Assembly: GCA_028713895.1 (NCBI GenBank)
Contig: JAQTNH010000001.1
Location: 438,610 to 502,609 of the forward strand
DNA length: 64,000 nt
From: Candidatus Nanoarchaeia archaeon
GTDB lineage: Archaea > Nanobdellota > Nanobdellia > CSSed11-243R1
Direction of reading: 5' to 3'
Under the pieces are notes generated by a model. It saw only the letters and a list, made by a program, of their open reading frames with translations, was not told the DNA's origin and searched no databases. Below, one piece after another: positions 25,858 through 34,702 of the stretch. A program made the translations under genes and the position numbers. Position 1 is the stretch's first letter, and each line of letters opens with the position of its first letter.

Positions 25858-27651
25858 ATGAATTTCAAACTAATTTTAGGTGTTTTGATGATATCAGTCG
25901 CGCTCACAGCAGCGCAGGCAGTTTGTGCTGCTAATGGTGCAGATTGTGCAACCTGTTTAGCTTCGGGTCCAAACTGTGTATACTCTTTTGAAGACGGGGA
26001 CGCCTACTGCAGCGATACCGGGGGCAACAAATGTTCAAGCATTTTTACGTGTTATTCGGGTTATGAATGCAAAGACTCGGTTACTACTTGCGGTGCAGAC
26101 TTTTGTGATACAGCATGTTCAGATGACGTCCTAAATCAGGACGAAACTGCAACAGACTGCGGCGGAGTATGTGGAGCAACGTGCGGAACAGGGGATGCAT
26201 GTAACACTGGCGCAGACTGTATATCCAACAATTGTGATGGAGTTTGTATAGCCGGGCCTCCGGCAAATGACTTGTTGGCAAATGCGATAACAATTAACGC
26301 AGGCCCAACAGTTTTTGATACAACAGCCGCCACTAATGACGGACCTGAAACACAAATAAATGTGCATAATAATATATGGTACAAATATACGCCAGCAGAA
26401 AGCGGAACCTTGACAGTGGATACCTGCGGTTCAGCCTTGGATACTTCCGTGGTTATTTTTGAAGGATGTGTTGGTGTAGGCTGGAACGACCAACTTGTAT
26501 GGGGCTCCAGTTCTGATGAATGTGGAGATGATGTTTATGTCCAGACAGCTGTTACCGCGGGAACCTGTTATCTCATAGATGTTGGCAGCGGCATTTTTGG
26601 CGTAACTGGAACCGGAACTTTAGCACTTGAATTTGGAGAAACACCACCTACAGAGTGCCCGGCTGGATTTGGCTGCGATATTGGCGCGCTTTGTTTTACA
26701 GATGAAACGTGCGATTCGTATAACTGCGACAGCGCAGGGCGCTGTGCAGCATCTGATAATGGCGGGTATGGACGTTTAAGTTATGATGACAATTTTGACA
26801 CGAACACATACAATTTCTGGAGAGGGGGAGAACCTTCGTCAGCAATATACCCCAGAGAAGACAATTACTTTGGAAGCGCAGACGGAGACTATTATGCTGT
26901 CATCCACGGAGATGGACTTGGCGGAGCAAATCCCGGTGACTTTGTAAATGCCCTTTGGGATGTTAGCAGTTTGGGCGTTGAAACACAAACTGTGCAATCA
27001 GACCGCTTTTTGATATTTGACGGAACTTTGTACTCAGGCCAAAGCAGCACAATGACAAAAGACCTGATAATCCCTGTTTTGCCAGGCACTTTGGAGATAA
27101 GATGTTACAGTGGCTCAGTGGGCTTGGAAGACTTGACTGAAACTGGCGGAGTCATAACAACAAGCACAGTAATCATAGAAGGAGTCACGTATGGAATATG
27201 CCCGAACATTGCAGGTTCTGCAATAGCCTCCTTTGGAAATGCAAACCTGACAATCTTTGATGAGTATGAAAGCTCAAGCATAATAGCCGGCAATGACTCG
27301 GACTTTTTTGCGTTCTATTACAATGAGAGCGATGACACAGACACAATTACTCCTGGGGACGGCGGAGGATGCTGGATTGAATTTGACGATGCTTGGGGAA
27401 CATTAATTGCGATGGACTGGAACGGAACGCATTACAATTACACAAAAGTTGGCGGATTCGCTTCCGGCGGAACACGCAACTGGAATGTAACCTGCAATGA
27501 TTCAAATGCAGTATACGCCGCAATAACTGATTTGCAGGATGACATTGAGATAATTGGCGGAGTCCCAGAATTCAGCGATGTTGCGTGGGTATTGGCAGCA
27601 GTGCTTGGAGCAGGCGGATTCTTCCTAATCAGAAGGAAAAAATCCTTCTAG
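25858..27651 (+). CDS. Secreted cysteine-rich surface protein with a C-terminal PEF/PGF-CTERM-like anchor
   Basis: Signal peptide MNFKLILGVLMISVALTAAQAVCAA. Repeated Cys modules (CGGVCGATCGTGDACNTGADCISNNCDGVC and CPAGFGCDIGALCFTDETCDSYNCDSAGRC). C-terminus VPEFSDVAWVLAAVLGAGGFFLIRRKKSF. Confidence 0.7.
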   Translation: MNFKLILGVLMISVALTAAQAVCAANGADCATCLASGPNCVYSFEDGDAYCSDTGGNKCSSIFTCYSGYECKDSVTTCGADFCDTACSDDVLNQDETATDCGGVCGATCGTGDACNTGADCISNNCDGVCIAGPPANDLLANAITINAGPTVFDTTAATNDGPETQINVHNNIWYKYTPAESGTLTVDTCGSALDTSVVIFEGCVGVGWNDQLVWGSSSDECGDDVYVQTAVTAGTCYLIDVGSGIFGVTGTGTLALEFGETPPTECPAGFGCDIGALCFTDETCDSYNCDSAGRCAASDNGGYGRLSYDDNFDTNTYNFWRGGEPSSAIYPREDNYFGSADGDYYAVIHGDGLGGANPGDFVNALWDVSSLGVETQTVQSDRFLIFDGTLYSGQSSTMTKDLIIPVLPGTLEIRCYSGSVGLEDLTETGGVITTSTVIIEGVTYGICPNIAGSAIASFGNANLTIFDEYESSSIIAGNDSDFFAFYYNESDDTDTITPGDGGGCWIEFDDAWGTLIAMDWNGTHYNYTKVGGFASGGTRNWNVTCNDSNAVYAAITDLQDDIEIIGGVPEFSDVAWVLAAVLGAGGFFLIRRKKSF

Positions 27652-27740
27652 ATTTTTCTTTTTTATTTTTCGTTTTGATTTTTAATAATAACTCCCTTTT
27701 TAGTAAAATTTATTATGGCGGAGTACTTTAATATTATGCC

Positions 27741-28409
27741 ATGGACTCTGCACTTTCTGAAATTTCCGGGGCTTTTGCAGGAGACGGGAGCCTGTACAAG
27801 AATGGGAAAAGTTTTACTTTTGAGATAAGAGGCGCTCCAGACGAATTGCAGTATTATCACGACATTTTAAAACCTAAATTAGAGAAACTTTTTGGATTTT
27901 CCCTAAAAATTATAAAACGATGTTATGTCGGAGGATATGTTATCGGGCTTAGAACCTCCAAGCGAAAAGCGTATGAAATATTCCATGAAAAACTTGATTT
28001 CCCGATTGGAGAGAAATCAAAAATTGTTGAAGTTCCTAAAACGATTATTAATGACAAAAGAGCATGGATTCATTATCTGAGAGGACTGTTTGATACAGAT
28101 GGTTCGATATACATAAGGCATACTGGCTGGTTTCGATTGAAGAGTGGCGAAAGAAAAAGATACAGCCATCCTGTTGTGGAATTCTCAACCAGCTCAGAGA
28201 AACACAAGGAACAGATCCATTTTATGCTGAAAAATTTAGGTTTTAACTCATGGATGGAAAAGACGAAGGTCAGGCTGGGCGGTAAATCTACAGCAGAAAC
28301 TTTTTTTATATTAATAAACCCAAACAATAATAAACACAAAAATCGGTATAAATTATGCCGGGATCGCCTAGTCGGTTATGGCGCTGAATCCTCGTTCAAG
28401 TCAAATTGA
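27741..28409 (+). CDS. Free-standing double-motif LAGLIDADG endonuclease-like protein
   Basis: Motifs ISGAFAGDGSLY and YLRGLFDTDGSIY. The last roughly 17 codons read through the 5' part of the tRNA gene that starts at 28357. Confidence 0.75.
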   Translation: MDSALSEISGAFAGDGSLYKNGKSFTFEIRGAPDELQYYHDILKPKLEKLFGFSLKIIKRCYVGGYVIGLRTSKRKAYEIFHEKLDFPIGEKSKIVEVPKTIINDKRAWIHYLRGLFDTDGSIYIRHTGWFRLKSGERKRYSHPVVEFSTSSEKHKEQIHFMLKNLGFNSWMEKTKVRLGGKSTAETFFILINPNNNKHKNRYKLCRDRLVGYGAESSFKSN

Positions 28410-28476
28410 TGAGGGTGTGCAAGCTTGCTAAGCCGGTTTCCTTCGGGATTCCAGGGTTCGAATCCCTGTCCCGGCG
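28357..28476 (+). tRNA. Intron-containing tRNA, isotype unresolved
   Basis: Acceptor GCCGGGA/TCCCGGC, discriminator G. D-arm GCCT-AGTCGGTTA-TGGC, anticodon stem CTGAA/TTCGG, T-arm CAGGG-TTCGAAT-CCCTG. There are 53 nt between the anticodon stem strands, so about 46 nt are intervening. A formal 37/38 reading gives CUC but puts a C at position 33. Confidence 0.7.
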
Positions 28477-28491
28477 CTCATAGGCACAAAC

Positions 28492-29217
28492 ATGAAAACT
28501 GTCCTCTTAGACGTGAAAGCTGTGTTATTGGATATGACTGAGACTATCCACACGCTGGATAAGGAACGGATGCTTAAGGAATTCAAGGAAAAACTTTGGG
28601 GCAAATATTTTTCAAATGTGGAGTTCAGTGAATTCAAGACAGCTTATTTTCAAGCATATTCCTATTATCAGGTCGGGCTGATAAGCAATGACAAACAATT
28701 CTTTAAAATGCTTGCGAAAACACTCGGCTGCAGGTTTTCAGATACAGAAATCAAAGAGCTAATTAGCTTACACCAGAAACTGAGAATACATTTCATAAGA
28801 TTGATGCCTGGCGTCATTCCAACTCTTAACTATTTAAGAAAAAAAGGATACAAACTGGCAATGGTTTCTAATTGCGTAAAAAATTGGGCAGACAAGGATT
28901 TCAAAAGAATGGGATTCAATCCCAAGGATTTTTTTGATGTCCAAGTCTCATCACAAAATACACATTATTTGAAACCAAACCCCCGAGCTTTTCTTGCAGC
29001 AATAAAAAAACTTAAAGTTAAGCCTGAAGAATGCGTATATATTGGAGATGACATCCTTGACATAAATGGCGCAAAATATACAGGGATTAAACTCAGGATT
29101 TTGTTTGAAAAACCAACACAGGTCTGCCATTATGTTGAGCATATCGCAGGAACAAAGAGCCCTACAACAGCAGACTATGTCATACAAAAGTTGAGCGATA
29201 TCAGGACAATTCTTTAA
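28492..29217 (+). CDS. HAD-superfamily hydrolase-like protein
   Basis: Motif I LLDMTETI (DxT rather than DxD), motif II LAMVSNC, motif III YLKPNP, motif IV YIGDDILDINGA. Confidence 0.65.
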   Translation: MKTVLLDVKAVLLDMTETIHTLDKERMLKEFKEKLWGKYFSNVEFSEFKTAYFQAYSYYQVGLISNDKQFFKMLAKTLGCRFSDTEIKELISLHQKLRIHFIRLMPGVIPTLNYLRKKGYKLAMVSNCVKNWADKDFKRMGFNPKDFFDVQVSSQNTHYLKPNPRAFLAAIKKLKVKPEECVYIGDDILDINGAKYTGIKLRILFEKPTQVCHYVEHIAGTKSPTTADYVIQKLSDIRTIL

Positions 29218-29260
29218 AACAGCAAATTTTTAAACCCACAAAATTCTCATGATTTGATAT

Positions 29261-29380
29261 GGGTCTATGGCCTAACGGCATGGCGTCCGCTTGACGGAGC
29301 CTTTCTTTTGCGAAAAGAAACGCTCGCGAAAGAAAACTTCAAATTGCGGGAGGTTTCCGGTTCGAATCCGGATAGGCCCA
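29261..29380 (+). tRNA. tRNA-Val (GAC) with a 48-nt canonical 37/38 intron
   Basis: GGGTCTA...TCCGC-TTGACG|intron 29297-29344|T-GCGGG-AGGTT-TCCGG-TTCGAAT-CCGGA-TAGGCCC-A. BHB support: central helix TTGA (nt 32-35) pairs with TCAA (29339-29342), flanked by 3-nt bulges. Confidence 0.88.
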
Positions 29381-29408
29381 CTTTAATCCTTTTCTTGTAA
29401 GAAAAGCA

Positions 29409-29478
29409 TTAGTGGAAAAGAACTGATTTAGAAAAGAAACACTGGTGAAAGAAAAGTGATTAGAGAAAACATATTAAT
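29409..29478 (+). promoter_or_regulatory. Four tandem purine-rich boxes ending in BRE/TATA
   Basis: attagtggaaaagaac / tgatttagaaaagaaac / actggtgaaagaaaag / tgattagagaaaac, then atattaat. The ATG at 29500 is 22 nt after the TATA, so the start looks leaderless. Confidence 0.5.
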
Positions 29479-29499
29479 CACACGTTCTTTGGTTATTGC

Positions 29500-29811
29500 A
29501 TGGCAAAAGGGTTCATACCTGCGTTTGCAGGAGCTTTCATTGCAGTTGTCCTTGTTGTAATAATAATTGGAATCCTTGTTTTTGTTTTTGGGCCGAACTT
29601 TATTCCGAACACGCCCTGTTTGCTGGACAGCCACTGCCAGCCGCAGAAAGTATGCTGCACGTGGAGATGCGACTCAACACCAATGGAAAAGTGGACATGC
29701 CCGGATACCCTGTGCGATATGCTTGGCAAATCAAATGAGGACCCTGGACTGGCGTGCGGATGCAGAAACCTGAAATGCGAAGATGTCAGTTCGGACGTGT
29801 CAACTGAGTGA
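29500..29811 (+). CDS. Small membrane-anchored cysteine-rich protein
   Basis: One N-terminal TM helix, then a 10-Cys ectodomain ending GLACGCRNLKCEDV. Confidence 0.6.
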   Translation: MAKGFIPAFAGAFIAVVLVVIIIGILVFVFGPNFIPNTPCLLDSHCQPQKVCCTWRCDSTPMEKWTCPDTLCDMLGKSNEDPGLACGCRNLKCEDVSSDVSTE

Positions 29812-29816
29812 TTACA

Positions 29817-32800
29817 CTATTTTTCTGGAAGCTTCATGCTGATTATGTGGGACTCCCCGAGCTCGTTCATTGAGACGCCGTATACGTTGTCTGCCTGCGA
29901 GATTATTGAGTCATTATGCGAGATTATTATGAACTGGGATGTTTCTGCATATTTGCTGATAAGCATGCCAAGGCGCTCGGAATTCTCCTTGTCCAATGCG
30001 GCGTCAACTTCGTCCATTATGTAGAACGGCGAGGGCGTGTATTCCTGCACAGCGAAGATGAAAGCAAGAGTTGTAAGAGTTTTCTCGCCGCCGCTCATTG
30101 AACGCAGGCTGACAACTTTCTTTCCGCCAGGGCGCGCAATTATGTCAACGCCAGCTTCGAACGGGGATTCAGGATTTTCAAGAAGCATTTTTCCCTCACC
30201 GTTTATTGAAATTATTGAAAAAACCCGCGCGAAATTCTCCGAGACATGGTTGAATGTCTCCATGAAAGCATCTTTTTTCTGCGATTCAACTTCGCCCATT
30301 ATTTTTATGACCTCGCTCTTTTCCTCAATAAGCTTGTCCGCCCTGACCTTGATTTCATTGTATTCGCGCTCTACTTCCTTGTATACGTCAAGGGCGCGCA
30401 TGTTGACATTTCCGAAATTTGAAAGCTGGTTTTCGAGCTCAAGAATCTGTTTGGTAATCTCCTCGATAGAATCCTTTACAGCCGTTATTTCAATCCCTTT
30501 GAACTCTTCAAGGGCAATTTTCCTTCCCTCGATTTTTGCATTTATTTCCGCAAGCTTAAGCTGGATTTCCTGGGCTATGCCACGAAGGCCGTCTGTTTCA
30601 GTTTCTATTTTTCCACGCCTTATCTCCTCGTCCTTCAGCTTTTCCATAAGCTTGTTGCGCTTGTCATAAAGCTCCTCAAGCTTTCCGTGGAATTTCTTTT
30701 CATCCTCCAGCTTTTTGGAGAGCTTTAGCTCAGAAGAAGCAAGCTCCCTTTCATTCTCCTTTATCCTGGATTCGAACGTGATTTTTTCTTTCTGGTGCCC
30801 TTTTATCAGCTGGTTTGCCCTGTCAATATCCCTGTCAATGACCTGCAGCTCAACTTCAGCGCCTTTTTTCTTTCCTTCAAGGGCAGTAATCTCATTCCTC
30901 TGGGCTGTGATTCTTTCGTTCAGCTTTGCAAGGACATCCTTTGCGACATTTTTCGGGAGCTCCTTTATTTCTTCCCACATCCTTTTCTGTTCAACCTGTT
31001 TTTCATCCAGTTTGCGCTGAAGTTTTTCAACCTCGCTCATATCAATTTTTTCAAATTCCTTCAGCTGGCGCTCCAGTTCGAATGTCCTTCCGCGCAGGAT
31101 TGAAATTTCGTCAGATATCTTTTCCACTTTGGGTTCAATGTCAAAGATTCCGGACTCAGCCATTGAAAGCCTTTCCTTAAGTGTGGCAAGCTGTTCTTCA
31201 ATAGGCTCTTCCTTGAAGCCTATGTGCTCTTTTTTGTGGTATCCTCCGTGCATTGAACCTGTCTTTTCAATCAAGTCCCCACAGAGAGTAACCATGCGGT
31301 ATCTGTTTATGCCGATTGATTTTGCAGAATCAATGTCGTCCACCACTATTGTGTCTCCAAGAACATAATCAAAAACATTCTTGTATTTGGGGCTGAACTT
31401 TATGAGCTTTATTGCATAATTTATGAATCCAGACAAAACAATCTTTTCACCGCCTATCTCGGAACCTTTTATTTTGTCAAGCGGGAGAAAGGTTGCCAAC
31501 CCAAGTTCATTTTTCCTGAGATATTCGATGCATTCCCTTGCAACGTCAACATTTTCAACAACTATTGCATTCGCACGGCTTCCTGCTGCAACACGCAACG
31601 GCAATGCATACTTCTCATCTGCTTTTCCAAGCTCAGACACTATTCCGTAAATCCCCTTGAGCTTTCCCTTGTCTTTGGCATCAATTATCGCCTTTGCGCC
31701 CTGGTCAAGCATCCGCAGCATAGCTTCGCGCTTTCCCTCAAGAAGATGCATTTCGCGCAGTATAGCATCCTTCAGGTTTTGTTTTCCGCCAAGCTCTTTG
31801 GACAGCGCAGAATCCTCATCAAGCTTATCCTGCAGTTCCTTCTGCATTTTCTTCAGCTGGGACTCAATGTCATCCTTTTTGTCGAGCTCAAGTTTCAGCC
31901 TCTGGAATTTTCCAATATCCTCCTTTATTTTGAGAATCTCTGTTTCAACTGCATGGAGCTTTGTCATAAGCTCAATGCGCTCGCGGTCAACATTAGTTAA
32001 TTTCTGGAACTTTTCTTCGAGACTTTTCAATTCAGCATGTCTTGTTTCAAAGTTCGAGTTAACATCCCCTGCTGTCTTGTTTATGTCCGCCTTTTTCTGG
32101 CTGTTTATCCTGAGGTCATTTTCAAGCTGTCTTACCCTTTCCTCAATGCGTTTTATCTCGTTCTGGTTGCTTTCAATGCTGATGCGCAGTTCATGCGTGC
32201 GGGTGCGCAGCCCCTCAATCTCTTTTGTGAGCTCAACCTGTTCAGTTCCTCCCTTGCGGTTAATTTCGTTATTCAGGTCTTCAAGGGCTTTTACTTCATT
32301 GTCAATAGAAACAAGAATCTTGTTGCGCTTTTCAAGAAGCTCGGATATCTCAGCCTCTTTTTTGTCAAGCTGCTTCTGATGCGTCTGGCGCACCGCGTCT
32401 ATTTCCTGCATTTCCTTAAAAATTCTTGACGCTTTTTTGAAATCATACTCGCCCTGTATTGCGGCTTTCTTTTCAGCCTGTTCTTTCTCTTTTTTCAGGT
32501 TTTCCATGTGGCGTATCTTTTCATTAAGGACAATGCGCGCCTCATTCAGGTGAGCCTCGACTTTTTCAAGTTCAAGCATGCTCTTGTGCTTTTTTTCCTC
32601 ATAGATGGAAATTCCCGCAAGCTCCTCGATTATTTTCCTGCGCTCTTCAGGGGACAGCCCGATGAACTTTTCAATTTCGCCCTGCATCACTATATTATAA
32701 CCGTCAGGGTCAATTTCTGCCTGGTAAAGCATGTTTCGCACATATTCAAGCGGCTGGCGATTTCCGTTGACTTTGTAAACGCTGTTTCCATTGGGGTCGA

Positions 32801-33113
32801 CTTTTCTGCTGATTCGGATTTCGTCCTCCTCGATGGGAATTTTGTGGTTTGAATTGTCAATATAAATTGTGACTTTTGCGAATTTTGAAGGCGGCAGTTT
32901 TTTGCTTCCGTGAAAAACAAGATGCCCCATCCGCTCGGCACGAAGCTCTTTTTTCGAGGTTTTCCCCAGTGCAAAACAAATGGCATCCGCTACATTGGAT
33001 TTGCCAGAGCCGTTGGGGCCCATTACCACGTTCATGTGCGGAGGAAAGATGAGTTCTTTGCGATTGTAGAATGACTTAAAACCGAAAACCTCCACCTTTT
33101 TTATAGTGTTCAT
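29817..33113 (-). CDS. smc: SMC chromosome segregation ATPase
   Basis: N-terminal Walker A GPNGSGKSNVADAICFALG, long coiled coils with a central hinge, and C-terminal LSGGEKTLTTLAFIFA and FYIMDEVDAALD. Confidence 0.92.
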   Translation of the reverse strand: MNTIKKVEVFGFKSFYNRKELIFPPHMNVVMGPNGSGKSNVADAICFALGKTSKKELRAERMGHLVFHGSKKLPPSKFAKVTIYIDNSNHKIPIEEDEIRISRKVDPNGNSVYKVNGNRQPLEYVRNMLYQAEIDPDGYNIVMQGEIEKFIGLSPEERRKIIEELAGISIYEEKKHKSMLELEKVEAHLNEARIVLNEKIRHMENLKKEKEQAEKKAAIQGEYDFKKASRIFKEMQEIDAVRQTHQKQLDKKEAEISELLEKRNKILVSIDNEVKALEDLNNEINRKGGTEQVELTKEIEGLRTRTHELRISIESNQNEIKRIEERVRQLENDLRINSQKKADINKTAGDVNSNFETRHAELKSLEEKFQKLTNVDRERIELMTKLHAVETEILKIKEDIGKFQRLKLELDKKDDIESQLKKMQKELQDKLDEDSALSKELGGKQNLKDAILREMHLLEGKREAMLRMLDQGAKAIIDAKDKGKLKGIYGIVSELGKADEKYALPLRVAAGSRANAIVVENVDVARECIEYLRKNELGLATFLPLDKIKGSEIGGEKIVLSGFINYAIKLIKFSPKYKNVFDYVLGDTIVVDDIDSAKSIGINRYRMVTLCGDLIEKTGSMHGGYHKKEHIGFKEEPIEEQLATLKERLSMAESGIFDIEPKVEKISDEISILRGRTFELERQLKEFEKIDMSEVEKLQRKLDEKQVEQKRMWEEIKELPKNVAKDVLAKLNERITAQRNEITALEGKKKGAEVELQVIDRDIDRANQLIKGHQKEKITFESRIKENERELASSELKLSKKLEDEKKFHGKLEELYDKRNKLMEKLKDEEIRRGKIETETDGLRGIAQEIQLKLAEINAKIEGRKIALEEFKGIEITAVKDSIEEITKQILELENQLSNFGNVNMRALDVYKEVEREYNEIKVRADKLIEEKSEVIKIMGEVESQKKDAFMETFNHVSENFARVFSIISINGEGKMLLENPESPFEAGVDIIARPGGKKVVSLRSMSGGEKTLTTLAFIFAVQEYTPSPFYIMDEVDAALDKENSERLGMLISKYAETSQFIIISHNDSIISQADNVYGVSMNELGESHIISMKLPEK

Positions 33114-33166
33114 TAATTTAGAAAGCTATTTTAAAAGATATAAGCTTTATCTAGACAGAGAAAAAT

Positions 33167-34702
33167 ATGGAAAAGGCTGAGGTGGATAGGTATAATGTTA
33201 TGCTGGATAACATACCTATAGAGGTTTCTATCCGGAAAGAGCCGGATGAGTTCACCCTCATATATTCCATTTCACTGCCTACATTTGAAGAAGCCTCTAT
33301 GGCGCTTATTGAGGAGCTGAGAGACAGGATAATAACAACAATTCCTGTAAAATTAGAGGTTCTCAGGGACCCTGTTGCGCTTGAAGAAACCCGCAAAAAA
33401 ATAAAAGCAGAGGCCACAAAACTTCTTAAGAGATTCATAAAAGAGCCAAGCCAGGATATACTGGAATACACCAGCTCTTTCCTTGCGGACGAGATGCTCG
33501 GGCTCGGAAATATTGAAATTCTTCTCCGCGATGAGAATCTTGAAGAAATCGTAATCAACGGGAGCAAGGAACCTGTATGGGTTTACCACAAAAAATTCGG
33601 GTGGCTAAAGACAAATGTCACAATAAACAATGAGGCACAGATAGAAAATTACGCGTCAATAATCGGAAGAAGAGTCGGAAGGCAGATAACTGTCCTTGAC
33701 CCGCTGATGGATGCGCACTTAATAACGGGAGACAGGGTAAACGCAACCCTTTTCCCGATTTCAACCCGCGGAAACACACTTACAATAAGAAAGTTCAGGC
33801 GAAAGCCGTGGACAATCACAGACCTAATCAAAAATAATACGATAAACCTTGAAGTAGCAAGCTTTTTCTGGCTCGGGGTGCAGTATGAACTGAGCATGCT
33901 GATAGGAGGGGGAACTGCATCAGGAAAGACGACATTCCTGAATGTGCTTATGCCGTTTATCCCCCCGAATGAAAGAATAATCAGCATAGAAGACACCCGC
34001 GAACTTACACTTCCAAAATTCCTTCACTGGGTGCCCCTGACAACACGCGAGCCAAACCCGGAAGGAAAAGGCGAAGTAACAATGCTTGATTTGCTCATCA
34101 ATTCCCTCCGTATGCGCCCGGACAGGATAGTTGTCGGAGAGATAAGGCGCAGGCCAGAAGCAGAAGTTCTTTTTGAAGCCCTTAACACAGGGCACTCAGT
34201 ATACTCAACCTTGCATGCAAACACAGCGGAAGAGGCGTTCAGAAGGCTGACATCCCCGCCGATTGATTTGCCTCCAGAGCTGATACAATCGCTGCCTTTA
34301 TTCGGAGTGATGTTCAGGCACAGAAAGCTCAGGATACGACGTTTGTTCGAGATATCAGAGCTTGTCAATGTTTCAGAAAAAGGAAGCAAAGCAAACATGA
34401 GAAGGCTTTACAGCTGGAGCGCACGCACAGACAAGATAAGCAAGGACGCAGATTCAATAAGGGTTGCAGACGAACTCAATCTGTTTACTGGCATGACCAA
34501 ACAGGAAATCAAGAGCAACCTTGACACAAAGCAGGAAATACTCAAATGGATGGTAAAAAACAGCGTAGACTCTGTTGATGACGTCGGGAAAGTAATAAGC
34601 CATTATTATACAAACGAGAACGAATTTTTCAAGATACTTGAAAAGAAGGATGCAAAAGATATTCTGCTGAAATACACAGGCGGTCCAGAGAATGAAAAGT
34701 AA
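33167..34702 (+). CDS. Type IV pilus/archaellum-family secretion ATPase (FlaI/PilB/VirB11 superfamily)
   Basis: Walker A GGGTASGKTTFLN, IISIEDTRELTL, Walker B RPDRIVVGEIR, His box TGHSVYSTLHAN. Confidence 0.88.
   Translation: MEKAEVDRYNVMLDNIPIEVSIRKEPDEFTLIYSISLPTFEEASMALIEELRDRIITTIPVKLEVLRDPVALEETRKKIKAEATKLLKRFIKEPSQDILEYTSSFLADEMLGLGNIEILLRDENLEEIVINGSKEPVWVYHKKFGWLKTNVTINNEAQIENYASIIGRRVGRQITVLDPLMDAHLITGDRVNATLFPISTRGNTLTIRKFRRKPWTITDLIKNNTINLEVASFFWLGVQYELSMLIGGGTASGKTTFLNVLMPFIPPNERIISIEDTRELTLPKFLHWVPLTTREPNPEGKGEVTMLDLLINSLRMRPDRIVVGEIRRRPEAEVLFEALNTGHSVYSTLHANTAEEAFRRLTSPPIDLPPELIQSLPLFGVMFRHRKLRIRRLFEISELVNVSEKGSKANMRRLYSWSARTDKISKDADSIRVADELNLFTGMTKQEIKSNLDTKQEILKWMVKNSVDSVDDVGKVISHYYTNENEFFKILEKKDAKDILLKYTGGPENEK

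Noticed and set aside
29409-29470. Short tandem purine repeats considered as a degenerate CRISPR or minisatellite.
   Set aside because: The repeat units are about 16 nt, contiguous, without spacers, and merge into a BRE/TATA box. No cas genes are present. It is interpreted as promoter architecture.
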